NCBI GenBank assembly: GCA_010909165.1 | Contig: MU008166.1 | Span: 1,364,001 to 1,428,000, forward strand | DNA: 64,000 nucleotides | Reading direction: 5' to 3' | DNA from: Anthoceros angustus | Lineage: Eukaryota; Plantae; Anthocerotophyta | Shown here: positions 1 to 11,089 of the stretch, piece after piece | Position numbering within the stretch: position 1 is the stretch's first letter | Layout: each line of letters opens with the position of its first letter | Translations under genes and position numbers: made by a program | Notes under the pieces: model-generated | What the model saw: the letters and a program-made list of their open reading frames with translations, nothing else | What the model was told of the DNA's origin: nothing | The model's database searches: none

Positions 1-696
1 GGAAGGCTATAAGAAGGTTATTCTCAAGCTTATTCATGCACAAAGGGAAGAAATGCATAGTTATGTGGCCAAAAAGTTGCAGGGTTTGGACGATCAGGTT
101 GGAAGACTCTCGAAAAGCTCGTTGGAGCAAGGGTTACAAAATGAAGTTTTTTCACGCACCATAGAGGAGAAAGCCATCCATTTGGAAAATTAATTCACTT
201 CAACGGAACAAGTTTTACCTACATATTTGGAGAAGCTTATTGGTAAAAACCTCTTGGGGGTTAATGATATCGATCCCCCGCCTCCTTCTTGTCCCGTGGT
301 AACACAATATCGAAGGCGCTGCTGCCGGCATTGAACTTGAGAATTTATGGTCTTGGTAATGACATTGTTGCACCACTTGTGGCTGCAAAGGAGTTTCTCA
401 ATAGGCTAGAGGTCGATGTGGTCGTTGCTCGAGCCTTCTGGCTTGGAAAGGATGCTGGTAGAGACCGCATATTGATTATGACTTTTCACTCCATGGATGA
501 TCGCCTCCAGGTTATGAAGGCTAGGTCTATGTTACGGACGACTCAGTTATATATCAATACTGATCTTACACCATTGCAATGGAAGATTAAGAAGGAGAAG
601 TTACCTGCTTTCAGAGCTGCTCGTGCTGCAAGTCAACGGCTTTCTTTCATGGGGATGAATTTGTGGTGTTTAGCCCTCGTTCATGCATTTCATTAA
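1..696 (+). pseudogene. LINE ORF1p-like (L1/Transposase_22-type coiled-coil, RRM, CTD) coding fragment, 5' incomplete and frameshifted
   Basis: Helical/coiled-coil-like coding from base 1. It is followed by NLRIYGL...RAFWLG...RILIMTFHSMDDRLQVMKARSMLR...LYINTDLTPLQ..., which resembles the NLRIxG / RxxIxxF / IYINxDLT pattern of L1-type ORF1p. Recognised by eye. No ORF2 follows. Confidence 0.55.
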
Positions 697-834
697 CATT
701 ATTGATTGATTGAAGATTATTTGTCTTGTTTGAATTTTACCTTTGCATTCGTCTAGACCATTTTACCGCAATCTATGTAGTTGCTATATTTCAATCCTAT
801 GACGAAGATCCGTCCTTAGTGGACTTGAATAAAT

Positions 835-841
835 TTCTTCT

Positions 842-873
<32 letters not shown>

Positions 874-900
874 TTCTTCTTCTCTTCTTCTTCTGGTTCT

Positions 901-932
<32 letters not shown>

Positions 933-1006
933 TTCTTCTTCTTCTTCTTCTTCTTCTTCTTCTTCTTCTTCTTCTTCTTCTTCTCTTCTTCTTCTTGTCT
1001 TCTTCT

Positions 1007-1041
<35 letters not shown>

Positions 1042-1043
1042 TT
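835..1043. repeat. (CTT)n/(GAA)n microsatellite
   Basis: About 70 near-perfect CTT units, directly visible. Confidence 0.98.
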
Positions 1044-1774
1044 ACAGTTATTAATTGTATTTAGAAAACTATGAAACTTCTTCACCTCTAGGTATTGTAT
1101 GTATACATGTTTAGTATAGTGATTATTTTTCACTAGCATAGTAAATAAAAATATTATTTAATTATTTATGTATGCTATTCTTTGCAACAACAAAGAAACA
1201 TACAACCATATTACATACATATCAGCCCTTCTTGTTTCCACCTTTAAATTTGCATCTGACTAAATTGTGCTAACATGAAGTCTTGCGATATGCAATCTCG
1301 CATCACTTGACCATGGTACACATCTAGCTCCGCATCCAAGACCTGCACTTTTGACTATGGCGGTGGTTGGCTACCTCCTCTTCCTATAACATGTGCCGCC
1401 ACACTCCCATTTGGGGTCGTTGGTTTCGCTTGTATTATCATTCGCATATCAATTGCCTCAATGGTCATTGGTTTGCCATCAAGATCAAGTGGTTGTTTGG
1501 CTTAGTGGTTCGAAGCTTTGCGGTAAGAGAACCACAATAAGATTAGGGTTGCAACAAAGTCGGGGCTCAAGTATCACAAAGTTAGAGACTTCAACTTAAA
1601 AGCTGAGACAAGATCAAACAACAAAATCCAAATGTAAAATTGAAGTTCAAAACCGCCCAATCATATATCGACAAGCTAGGGCACAAGTAACACTAAATAT
1701 GCACAAGTTCCACTAAGTACTTAAGCATCTAACTGCACACCAAAGTGTGTAGTTACAAACCTTGGAGGTTAAGT

Positions 1775-2016
1775 AGGGTGCGATTCGTCTTGCTACGGTT
1801 ATCGTAAGTCGTGTCAACACCTCCGAGCCCGCCTCGAGAACCTCTCGTCCTTGGCAACGATTCGTCCGCATTGGATGACGAGCCGCCTTTCTTTTTATTG
1901 AGCTTGATCAACTCATCAAGACTCAATTTGCCTTCCTTAGCTACTAGTAGCGGTTCCATACATACGGTGACCACCACCGTGATCCTTTGCCTTAAGCTTG
2001 ATCAAGTCATCCACAT
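1775..2016 (+). repeat. Repeat Y, left part (interrupted by the TIR transposon)
   Basis: Matches 61075-61428 and continues at 10876-11043 after the transposon. Confidence 0.9.
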
Positions 2017-2289
2017 AACACGATAAAGTTGCAAGGGGGTTAATATACAAACCCCCTTAGAAGAGGGGTGAACCCTCTTGTCCGATTGCGCACCGGCCGA
2101 ATATCCCCTATTTAAGGAGGGACATAACGAACATGACCATAGAACGTGCGCATCTGTCGTGTTCCGTGTATAGCGGTGACGACGGTGGAAGGATTTTAGG
2201 TACCGCCGCTTTATTCTCGATTTTATGCGGCTATGGGCGATTGAAACGCACTATGGCACAAAAGCGTTGTCCAACGGAGTAAAAGCATG

Positions 2290-5200
2290 AGCATAGTAGC
2301 GAGAGCAGTTCTGTGCTCACTTGAAAACAACAAACTACTCTCGCCGGCGAAGAGGAAACCGGCTCTGTCACACAGATCTAACACTACGACAACGTTGCAA
2401 AGTATTCCTAGTATCCTCGTCGAGCGTATCTATTTCCTCGAGCAAGAGAATCTCCGTGACGCTGCCACGGTCGTCCGCCTCAAGATGTCCCCACGCGCAT
2501 CCAAAGTCGCCCGCCTCTTCCAAAGTGTTATCCGCTCATTCTCTTCCTTCTCGTAGTAAAGACACAACTGGGCTTTCATGCGCCTGTCACTAATGCACAC
2601 TTCCTTGGCCCAGGCGAGGGTCCTCGCCCATGGATCAAATGTAAGCTCTTCCTCGCATTTGGTAACACTTCAAACCCATGAATGCGCGGGGAATATAACC
2701 CGCGCATCTCATGTCCGCTTCGATGGCAACGCATTCGACCACTCAATAATGCGCCAGGATAGTTGTGCCACTCCGGAACATGCATCAACCACCCACTCTC
2801 CTTCTTTGGAAAATGCCTCCACAACGTCCGCATAAGGCCCGGCTGCTTGGCACACCACACGTTTGTCGTGAGATAAGTATACATGCTTCTTCTCACAACC
2901 GTGTCGTGAGTAATGACGGATCTCCCATTATTGAATCTCCTCGCTGATTTCGTGGAGCATGTTGGCCTTGTCTCTTGAACATTCTTCCTTCACACACGTG
3001 CACGTTGACGATACTCAATGTTTCACCCACCCCTCGGCGTGCATGTTCGTCTTGTCCCAAACGAAGGACACCATCCCACCTTTTCGGCACCACTTTCTCA
3101 TACATTCTCGGCGGTGGGAGTCCTCCACTCCATGCATCACAATAAAGCGGAATTCCTCTGTTGTCTTCTCTCCGAAAACTCTCGAACATCGATGACATCA
3201 TACTCCGTTAATTCTTGTATCCATTGGGCCTATATTGAAGCCCCTCGGCATCCATCACGAAGCATCTTGGCGGCCAGAAATAGCCACGCATGTCCAGCAT
3301 GGTCTCAACTAATCAACTTGAGAGTCGATCTGGACGTTGAAAACAAATAGCCTGCCTTCCATATCTTTGTCCGCTAAGGCCCTGCTCAATTTCCAGCCCT
3401 TTCCGCTTGTTTACCTCAAAATGAAGTGCTGGAAATCTTCCGAAGCGACAGTTGTCGATGTCTTTTAATTCTGCACAATAAAACCCAAAACGTAAGGACA
3501 CATAAGGGCTTGCTCGCCACATGTGGAGGCGCCGGCCGCGCCATCGACGGACACATCCCGTGGAGGGCGCCCGCTTGACAAAACCCTTCATGCTCACACA
3601 AGGTGGAGGGGCGGCGGCGCCGCATCCATCAAGCGGCGGGCGCCGGGCGCGCCGTGATCATGGTGGCGGAGGGCGCCGGCGGCGCCGCATCCATCAAGCG
3701 GCGGGCGCCGGCGGCGGCGGCGCCCGCCGCCATCGGCCAGGAGGGCGCGGCCGGCGGCGCCCATCAACAGATGGTAAAGGAAAAATTCGGTCAAGGGAAG
3801 ATTTACCTTTCCGCAAATGTTTGAAACGCGCGATCATAGCGTCCGTTGAATCGTGGGTATTCTCTCCGGACTTCCTCAAAGCGATGTGCGATCAAGATGC
3901 TTCGCCATAGCAACTTGGATGGCGCCTCTTCCAAAGTGATGTCGTCCTCCATGCCTTTCGGTCTATCATCAGCTAATATTTTTCCGTGTGGTAATATCTG
4001 TCCACACTGCTGCAGTATACCTGAAAGCCTTCCATGGCTTTGCTAGCATGTCCTTGACTTCACATATACCGCAACCTTCGGGAATCTTCCCGACCTTCCG
4101 CTTTCCTTTGCCCTTCTTGCTTGTGCTGCTTGTGTGTCTTTGTTTAAGAACCCCCCTCCCACTGTAAATATTTTGTCAATATTCTCCCAAATTCTCCCTT
4201 CTTGCTTTGCAATACAAAGTATATGAGTCTGTTATCCACCTTGTTTTGCTTGTAAACGCTGCCTTCTCTCCCTCGTCCGTCAATGAGGCCCAACCTTGTA
4301 CAAATTGAATTTCCATGCCATAGTCATATGCACCCTTCACGCTTGGCAATAAGCGCTCATCACGGAGATACCGACCGCTCGATGAAAGACATTTTCTTCT
4401 CTTGTCCGACATAATATTGTGGTGAGCTAGAACCCGCATCTCCTCAAGTGTGAGACAGCACGTGAGCCTCGACATCAAAACGCTTTTTGGTGCCATGCCC
4501 AAATGCTTCATCGCCGCAAAAGTGTGATTCCGCCAAGTACTCCCATGACATAAGTTTTGCCCGAATCGTTAATCCAAAGGTTTCCATGTTGTCGCATTCG
4601 GTCTATCATACATGAGGCAATACGCCTTCCTCTATTCTCCTTCGATATGACCCCAAGTAATTCGTCCATGCTTCGTCAACCTTCCGTCTGTGCATCCGGA
4701 GTGATATGCCCGGGCCTTAGATTCTCCAACTTCACCAAGACGCCTCGGAACAACTTTCTTCGCATCGCGATTCCTTACACGGGTTAAAGGGTCTTCATCT
4801 CTCACCGCTTCTAACCTCTCCTCATCCGTTGGGACATGAAGCCGCAATGGTGCCACCCTCGCCTAAGCTTCCAATCATTCGGACTTTTCTTTTTCTCGAG
4901 GACCCCGATCATCGCTATGGGCCCTCTTCGTGAAATCTGCAGGGAAGTCCTTTCCCTTTTCCTCTACCATGCACATAGTCATCGGATTCCCCACCGCCAT
5001 GTCCATGGCATCGCCTCGCCGGCCTAGCTCCCTCCCTCACTTCCCACATGCTTCATGCTCCTCCCGAGAGGTTTCCGCCGAGGCCGGCGCCTCCTCTCCT
5101 GCATGGCCTCTCCTGCTTGCCCAACCAGGCGAGGTGGAACCCCTCACGAATGGGCCGCCACGCCGCCTCCTCCTCCGCATGGCCTCTCCTATTTGCCCGA

Positions 5201-6200
5201 CTGGGCCAGGAGAACCCCTACAAGACCTTGAAGGCGCGGCCGGCGCCCTTCCACGTCCGCTATGCGTAATGCCCCGCTGGGCGCCGGTCGGCCGGCGCCG
5301 CTCCTCCTCCCTTGCAAACCCTATGAAGAGGGGTCTCAAGGCAGCGAACTCCGACAGTGGGCGCGGCCGGCCGGCCTGGACCGCCTCGCCTGCCAGAGGG
5401 CTCTTACATCCATGGAATTTCCGGTGCAGATATTCCATAAACAGCCGATCTCCCTCTTCACCGCGTGCATCCGAATACACATCGTCATCATCCGAATGGC
5501 CTAACATGTCCGGATCGTCTGCCGTCTTCATCGATGGACCAAGCTCGCTTTCCACCGATGTCTCATCATCCTCCATTTCCTACGCTATCCGAGAATTGCG
5601 AATAGACATAGCCCGCCTATGTGCTAAAACGCTTTGTGTGAGCTCAGTAGACAGTAATGAAACTTTTGCCCATCTGCTCCGCGAAACCAACATGGATGGA
5701 CAAGATAAGCCACACGGATGCACATTACGCTTAGCGTAAACCCAAGAACATGCCACCCAAATGCACTCACCGATGTCTCTTGCCGGCGTCCGAATAACTC
5801 GATCAAGCGTGAAGGTGCACATTTCTTAAAGATCAACCGCAAATGTCACGTGGAACAATCAGAGGCTGGGTTTGGATGCAATGTCGTGAAGTCTTGCGGC
5901 TTCCTCACCACAAGGAGTTGTGCTGCGCCTTGGTCATGTCCAATGTTGCCCAAATCACCCACCTGCTCGCTCACGATTAGGCAAAGCATCTTTGTATCCC
6001 ACCACCCACAACTTGAACAGAGGTGTCCAAAACGCATCCTCGTCCTCCGGTTCCTCTTCTTGGCAAATCATCCAATTCTTCTCAACAACGCGAATACTCT
6101 GCATACTTGCCCTCCTCAAATGCATAGTCTCCTCGTAGTTGAAGGGCGATTGAATCGGAACTGGCATCGGGCGTTTGCACACTCTCGGCTTCATCACCCC
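2290..6200 (-). CDS. Multi-exon, frameshifted gene: acidic N-terminal region, ParB/Srx-like domain, N4C/N6A (beta-class) DNA methyltransferase-like domain
   Basis: Manual minus-strand translation. ~4650-4400: EGVL..CMID...TYVMGVLGG[+1]NHTFAAMKHLG...LTLEEMRVLAHHN. ~3170-3010: FRFIVMHG...VSFVWDKTN...IEY. ~2850-2710: KQPGLMRTL[fs]EAFSKEGEWVVDACSG[fs]GTTILA...SGR.CVAIEAD (SAM-binding motif I). Putative introns ~5407-4946 and ~3809-3471. Gene boundaries are approximate. Confidence 0.7.
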
Positions 6201-7011
6201 ACCTCGCCTCGCGTGGTGCTTGCCTTTCCCGAGTTGTGGTCAGGAGCCTCCCACCACTCGCCTCGCCGTGGAATTCGCTCCGATTTGTGCGCGAGGTTGC
6301 TCATACCGCCACGGATGCACTCGCCTTGTGGCGCACTAGGGTGCACCACATCCTCTGGTCGCCGTCTGCTTTCTTGCTTCCTCTCCCCTTCTTCTGCTTG
6401 GGCAAAGGGAGGTCCTGTTCAGGCTCAAAGGCATTCTTCTCCTTCCTGCTACGCCTCCCAGATGCCATCTCCGCTGATTCCAGGCGATCGCGCTCACCGT
6501 CGCTGCAAACAGAACGAGTAGCGGGTTAAGGGTGAGACAGCGGCTGCAGATTAGCGGCCCCCTCCTTGCGATCACAGGCGCACACACACCTCTGATCACA
6601 GGCGCACACACACACAGTCGGAGACGCGGGGCGCAACTTCCTGAGAGTGAACTGGTGGAAATGAATTGCTGACTCAAGGGCCGGCACCCGTCAGAGATCA
6701 AGTTGGCTCTCTTTTCGTATTAGGGCTTGCAGGTTTTATAGGCATAAGGGTGATATAGGTGATATAAGGCATAGGTATATTTGTCCCGATTGATATCCGT
6801 ATTTGCATCGGATCGTAAACCACATCCGGATTCCCTTTGCCATGTGCGATATTAAACACCGATGTCGTGGCGCGCCGCCGGCGGAAAGGGCTGCGCCGAC
6901 ATTGCGGCGCCGCACAATCCCGATTACGTGTGCTCATACATCTTTGTTCTATAAGGCGGACATTGGGGACCTCCAGCAGTAGCTTTCTTCAACGCGGTCG
7001 CTATTGTTCCA

Positions 7012-10000
7012 TTGTCTGCGAGCTCCATAGCGCCTATTCCCCAGCGAGTTGTAGCCCTTGATGTTACGCACGCACACACCGTGAAGAGTGCGCTACCTGT
7101 CATTGAAATGCACATGTGCACGCCATTCAATCCATACACGCTAACGGTTGGGTGTTTGAGAGAAGAGAGATGGCGTGAGGCGCCCACCACAATCGGAGGC
7201 ACACGCCTTCCATATATGGGCAGCGATCCGACAACCCATCCAGTGGCAATGTTGGTGGAATCGCACACCGCACCTGGAGGTAAGGTTAGACGTTTGGGTT
7301 TCATTGGCATATGTTTTCCCAACTTTTCTCATCAATGTGGTGGGAACCATGCATGTAGGTAAAAGGAGTGGAGGTGGAATTCACTTTTGGCCGGTGGTAT
7401 CGCCAACTATCCCGCCGTGCAAGCACGACCCCACGGAACCTTAACTTATATGCAATTAGGAGAAGTCCTTCCGTGGAAGATATGGGGAAATTATGTAGCG
7501 ACCCGACAAAATGGCGGAACCCAATCGACCTAAGAGGGATTGTTCCTCTGCCGACGGGAGATCATAAGCATTGCACCATGAAGATGAGGGCAGCGACGAT
7601 GTCTTCGAGGACACGATCGTGAATTCCCTCCGCTATTACATTCCAAGCAAAACCTTTGGCGATTCATTGCGTAGAAATCGCGTGGAAGATGCATGTGGGA
7701 GGAGGCTTGGTTTTTGCGTGATGTGACCCAATCGGGAGAGTTTCGGAAGCCATAATCAAATGTGTGTCAAATTGACAAAAGAAAAATTCCAAGAACATCG
7801 GTATAGGTTCCTACGCATGGGACGTCAAGGAGACACACCTTGAGTCCTAAAAGGTGGTAAGTGATGGCGGAGTTCATACAAAGGTTCAACCCACCTTGTT
7901 GGTGCGACATCTGAGATGTTGCCTACGAGCATTTAGGCGGGTTTCGTATTGGTCATAAGCGATATGAAGAGTGAAAAGGTGGTGCACGCAACTCGCCGTG
8001 GGATAACAGACCAAATCCATCACAATCACGATCATCAGGATGCACTTGCGGATGGACAACGTTTTCATGTCCATGGCGGAGCTCCCCAGCGCAGTATACA
8101 ATCTTGGACACGTGCAGTTGGAGCTATGGGCCCGGTACAAGCGACAATGTGAGCGGTCACAAACAAGGGCTATGACATATGCACGGTTTCTAAGGCTGGA
8201 AGGTGTGAGTTAAGATACCTAAGTCCAACAGTTTTCACGTATGCGATATGCGAGGTTAAAGGCAACCATTGGAACACTTTTCAAAGGTGGATCAAGGTAT
8301 GGCATCCTTCGGTCCATTCCCTTCCCTATTTCGCTATGTGGCGGTGATGTCAAGATAGCCATAGTTGAGCGGCGCGGCGCGCCTCCCAACTATGGCTATC
8401 TTGACATCAGAGATGTGTGCGCGTACAAGGAATGGTTTAGGGAGGAGGCGCCGCCGGCCGCGCCTCCCCACCGGAGAGGAGAGAGAGGGAGTTTAGAGAG
8501 GAGGCGCGCCGGCCGCGCCTCTTCTCCCTTCGAAGTTGATTGTACCAGCATGGGCTTGTAGATGCTAAAGAAACGTACATTGTTTGGTGCGTAGAAATAT
8601 CAACATGCGCTTGAGGCACATCGCAGTGCTATCCAGAGCGTGCCAAAATGGCCAAACACCGACGAAAAGCTACGTTGAGCCCCACAAGTACATGTTACTC
8701 GCTATTGATGGGATGGACCAAAAGAAAACGGAGATCCCACATTTTTACGGTGGCCAAAGAATTTAAGTGAGGAGTGCCATAGTGCATGTGGTGGTGCATG
8801 GTTCATAACTATACATATAAAGCGACAGATATTTGCACTATGCAAACCTTGAACGATGCAAATCTAACGATATGCATCATCCAAGATGTTCTCGCACAAT
8901 TATGAAGGATATTGCCTAAAGTCTTGTACTTGGACAACAATACTTGTCGAGAGAACAAAAATCAACTTCTTTTGCATATCCGAATATGTTAGTAGACATG
9001 GGTACATTTCGGAAGGTGAAGGTGGGCTTTACGCTAGTGGGGCACACACACAGGATTGACGGATGTTTTCACGGTTTAAAGCACAAGGAAGCGCACACAT
9101 TGCACGCGCTATCTCGATATTCTCGGAAAAGCATACACACCAACTCCGTGAAAATTCTCACCGAGGTCCGGACTTGGTCATATGTGGCCCATCGGAAGAG
9201 GAGATGGTCGGCTATCGTACAAACACAAAAATCGAATAACCTTCGCTCCAACACCGTTTAAGATAACACGGGAGGACAAGGAGCGAGGTCTAGTCACTTA
9301 TTCAAGCAAGCAATATTCGACATCTCCGCTATGGGAGGCAAGGAGGCTTGGAGTTCTTGAAGTTCATCTAATGACATCACGATCACCTCTCCTAGCAGTC
9401 TAGGGACAAAAGGCTCACTTCGGTTTAAAGGCAGAGGGTGGCCCATCTTAAAGAAGGGCTCGGCTTGCGCATATATTGCCGCAGATGAACATTTGTGGTG
9501 GGAGGCCTTGGGAGGACCAGCATGATTGCGGTTATCGTGGAGAACAACATTGGCCTCAAGCGCTGAAATGGTTTTCTAGGTCGGACGTTGAAGATACGAC
9601 CTTTGCGCTTACCAAATGAAAGCCTTACGAAGCATTATTGAGGGAGCTTCACGGCGTGATATGTACTTGGGGCTTACGAAGTGGCTTGAAGAAATGGAGC
9701 GGCCGAATGGCGATGTGGTGAGATTGAAATGGAATGTTCATCGCAATTCCATGCTTGACGGATACGCACTGACCTTTTGGATCGGAAGAGTGGTGGAAGT
9801 GAAACATGATGCTTCCGTCCGAGTCTAATGGTCCATTGCACAGACGGAACATCGAGCAAGGGCGATATGTTGAGGAGTACATCGTCCATGGACAAGGGCC
9901 CAAGCATCGGGAGAAGTCATCAAGGCAAGGGTCAAAGACCGTGTTCCCCAAAACATACAAGAGATTTACATCAATGATACGAATATTGTACTATGGTTTC

Positions 10001-10078
10001 AACCTTACTACGGAAGCATTTATAGCGCCAACGAAAAAGGGCTATAAAGGAGAAGCTAAGCGAGATCTGCTTGATTGA
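7012..10078 (+). CDS. Sola-like (DUF7869-type) DDE transposase, frameshifted, with at least one intron
   Basis: Motifs across frames: LLAIDGMDQKKTEIPHF (~8700), LDNNTCRENKNQ (~8930), FRKVKVGFTLVGHTH.IDGCF (~9010-9070), FKITRED (~9255), C-terminal FWIGRVVEV (~9775). Putative GT-AG intron 8297-8561. Start is uncertain. The family name is from memory and needs an HMM check. Confidence 0.8.
8345..8409. other. Perfect 23-bp inverted repeat (hairpin) with a 19-nt GC-rich loop
   Basis: tgatgtcaagatagccatagttg / agcggcgcggcgcgcctcc / caactatggctatcttgacatca. Confidence 0.95.
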
Positions 10079-10875
10079 ACCAGGTGAAGATGTCGGACAA
10101 TAGCGAAGGAGGAGGCGGATATTGACAACATGGATGATGTTGGAAACTGTGTCTTGGAAGAACCCTAGGCGAACATGACTTGGACATTGTCTTTGTTTAT
10201 GGTGTTGTTCTAGAAGGGAATAATAAAAACTGTACATCAGGGCGATCTTTCTTGTCTTTTCGTTTTCATATGGTACACCACACTAGTGGTCATGTTCATG
10301 TCGCAACAACACTAAACAAAAGGCTTCGATAATTGTGTTTCGATTGAAACCACGGTTGGAAGTTGACAAGCGCAAAGCGGCCGAATCTCACCTTTAATGC
10401 GTGATACTATCAATCGTTGCCGGGTGGGTACAACGCGCCGCCTCAGCGTACGCCGGCCGCCTACCACGAATAATGACGCCCATAAAATGTGAAAGTTGCA
10501 TATATAGGGATGATTTCTACCACCCTTTCCGCCGGGTTCATACCCTCTCAAGTTTCACAGTACGGCGGACATGATGCATAGGGTTTGAGGCCCACCATGG
10601 TGTCAAATTCTAGAATGACCAACTCTTTGTTCGATTGACCGCCCGACCGGGAAGTTAATGGGCTCTATTTCGACACTTCCAGTGTGCCGCCTTTCCTAAT
10701 ACCATGCACACACACGGCGGGTCCATGAAACCGATGCTTCGCTGGGTGCACACCCTACTTTTGTGAAATTGATGCCTGGGATCAAGATTCCCAACCCATT
10801 GGAAACCCCCTTTGGTGTATATTGTACAGAAAACCCCCTTCCTGTATATTCACCCCCTTGCAACTTTATCGTGTT

Positions 10876-11043
10876 ACATTCTTTTTATTGAGCTTAATCA
10901 AGTCATCAAGACTTAGATGATCAACACGTTGTCTTGGGTCCTCGAGCAACTCATAATTATTGCTTGGTCGCAAGGAATTCATTATTGTTTGGATGTTTGT
11001 GCTCTATAATGTATTTAAAATTGGTGAATATAGATTATTTCTG
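10876..11043 (+). repeat. Repeat Y, right part
   Basis: Matches 61425-61592. Confidence 0.9.
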
Positions 11044-11089
11044 TTTCCTTTATGGCCACGGAACTAGATGTAGAAATGTCTCCTTTTGA

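Larger units (their letters stand above)
1..1810 (+). repeat. Composite interspersed repeat A (ORF1-like + CTT tract + 0.75-kb AT-rich/ORF-like arm)
   Basis: Reverse-complement copies at ~54590-56035 (nearly full) and ~51990-52866 (arm plus GAA tract). Example: 1741 caaagtgtgtagttacaaaccttggaggttaagtaggg vs 52021 ccctacttaacctccaaggtttgtaactacacactttgg. Confidence 0.9.
2017..10875. mobile_element. Complete 8,859-bp TIR DNA transposon, Sola-like, carrying a transposase (+) and a ParB/methyltransferase-like gene (-)
   Basis: 33-bp TIRs: aacacgataaagttgcaagggggt(t/g)aatataca at 2017-2049 and its reverse complement at 10843-10875, one mismatch. ACAT flanks both ends (2013-2016, 10876-10879). The empty site atccACATtcttttt is at 61421-61435. 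DDE transposase motifs lie inside. Confidence 0.93.

Noticed and set aside
726-1139. Poly-Leu/Phe and poly-Glu/Lys ORFs (also 52653-52910)
   Set aside because: They are translations of the (CTT)n/(GAA)n microsatellite.
2578-2835. Plus-strand ORF with DGNAFDHSI resembling an OTU protease motif
   Set aside because: It is the antisense shadow of the methyltransferase motif-I region, and no other OTU motifs are present.
4930-5739. Long GC-rich ORFs (4930-5739 +, 3521-3910 +, 14092-14704 +)
   Set aside because: They are stop-poor frames over GC-rich palindromic islands and antisense to better-supported genes.
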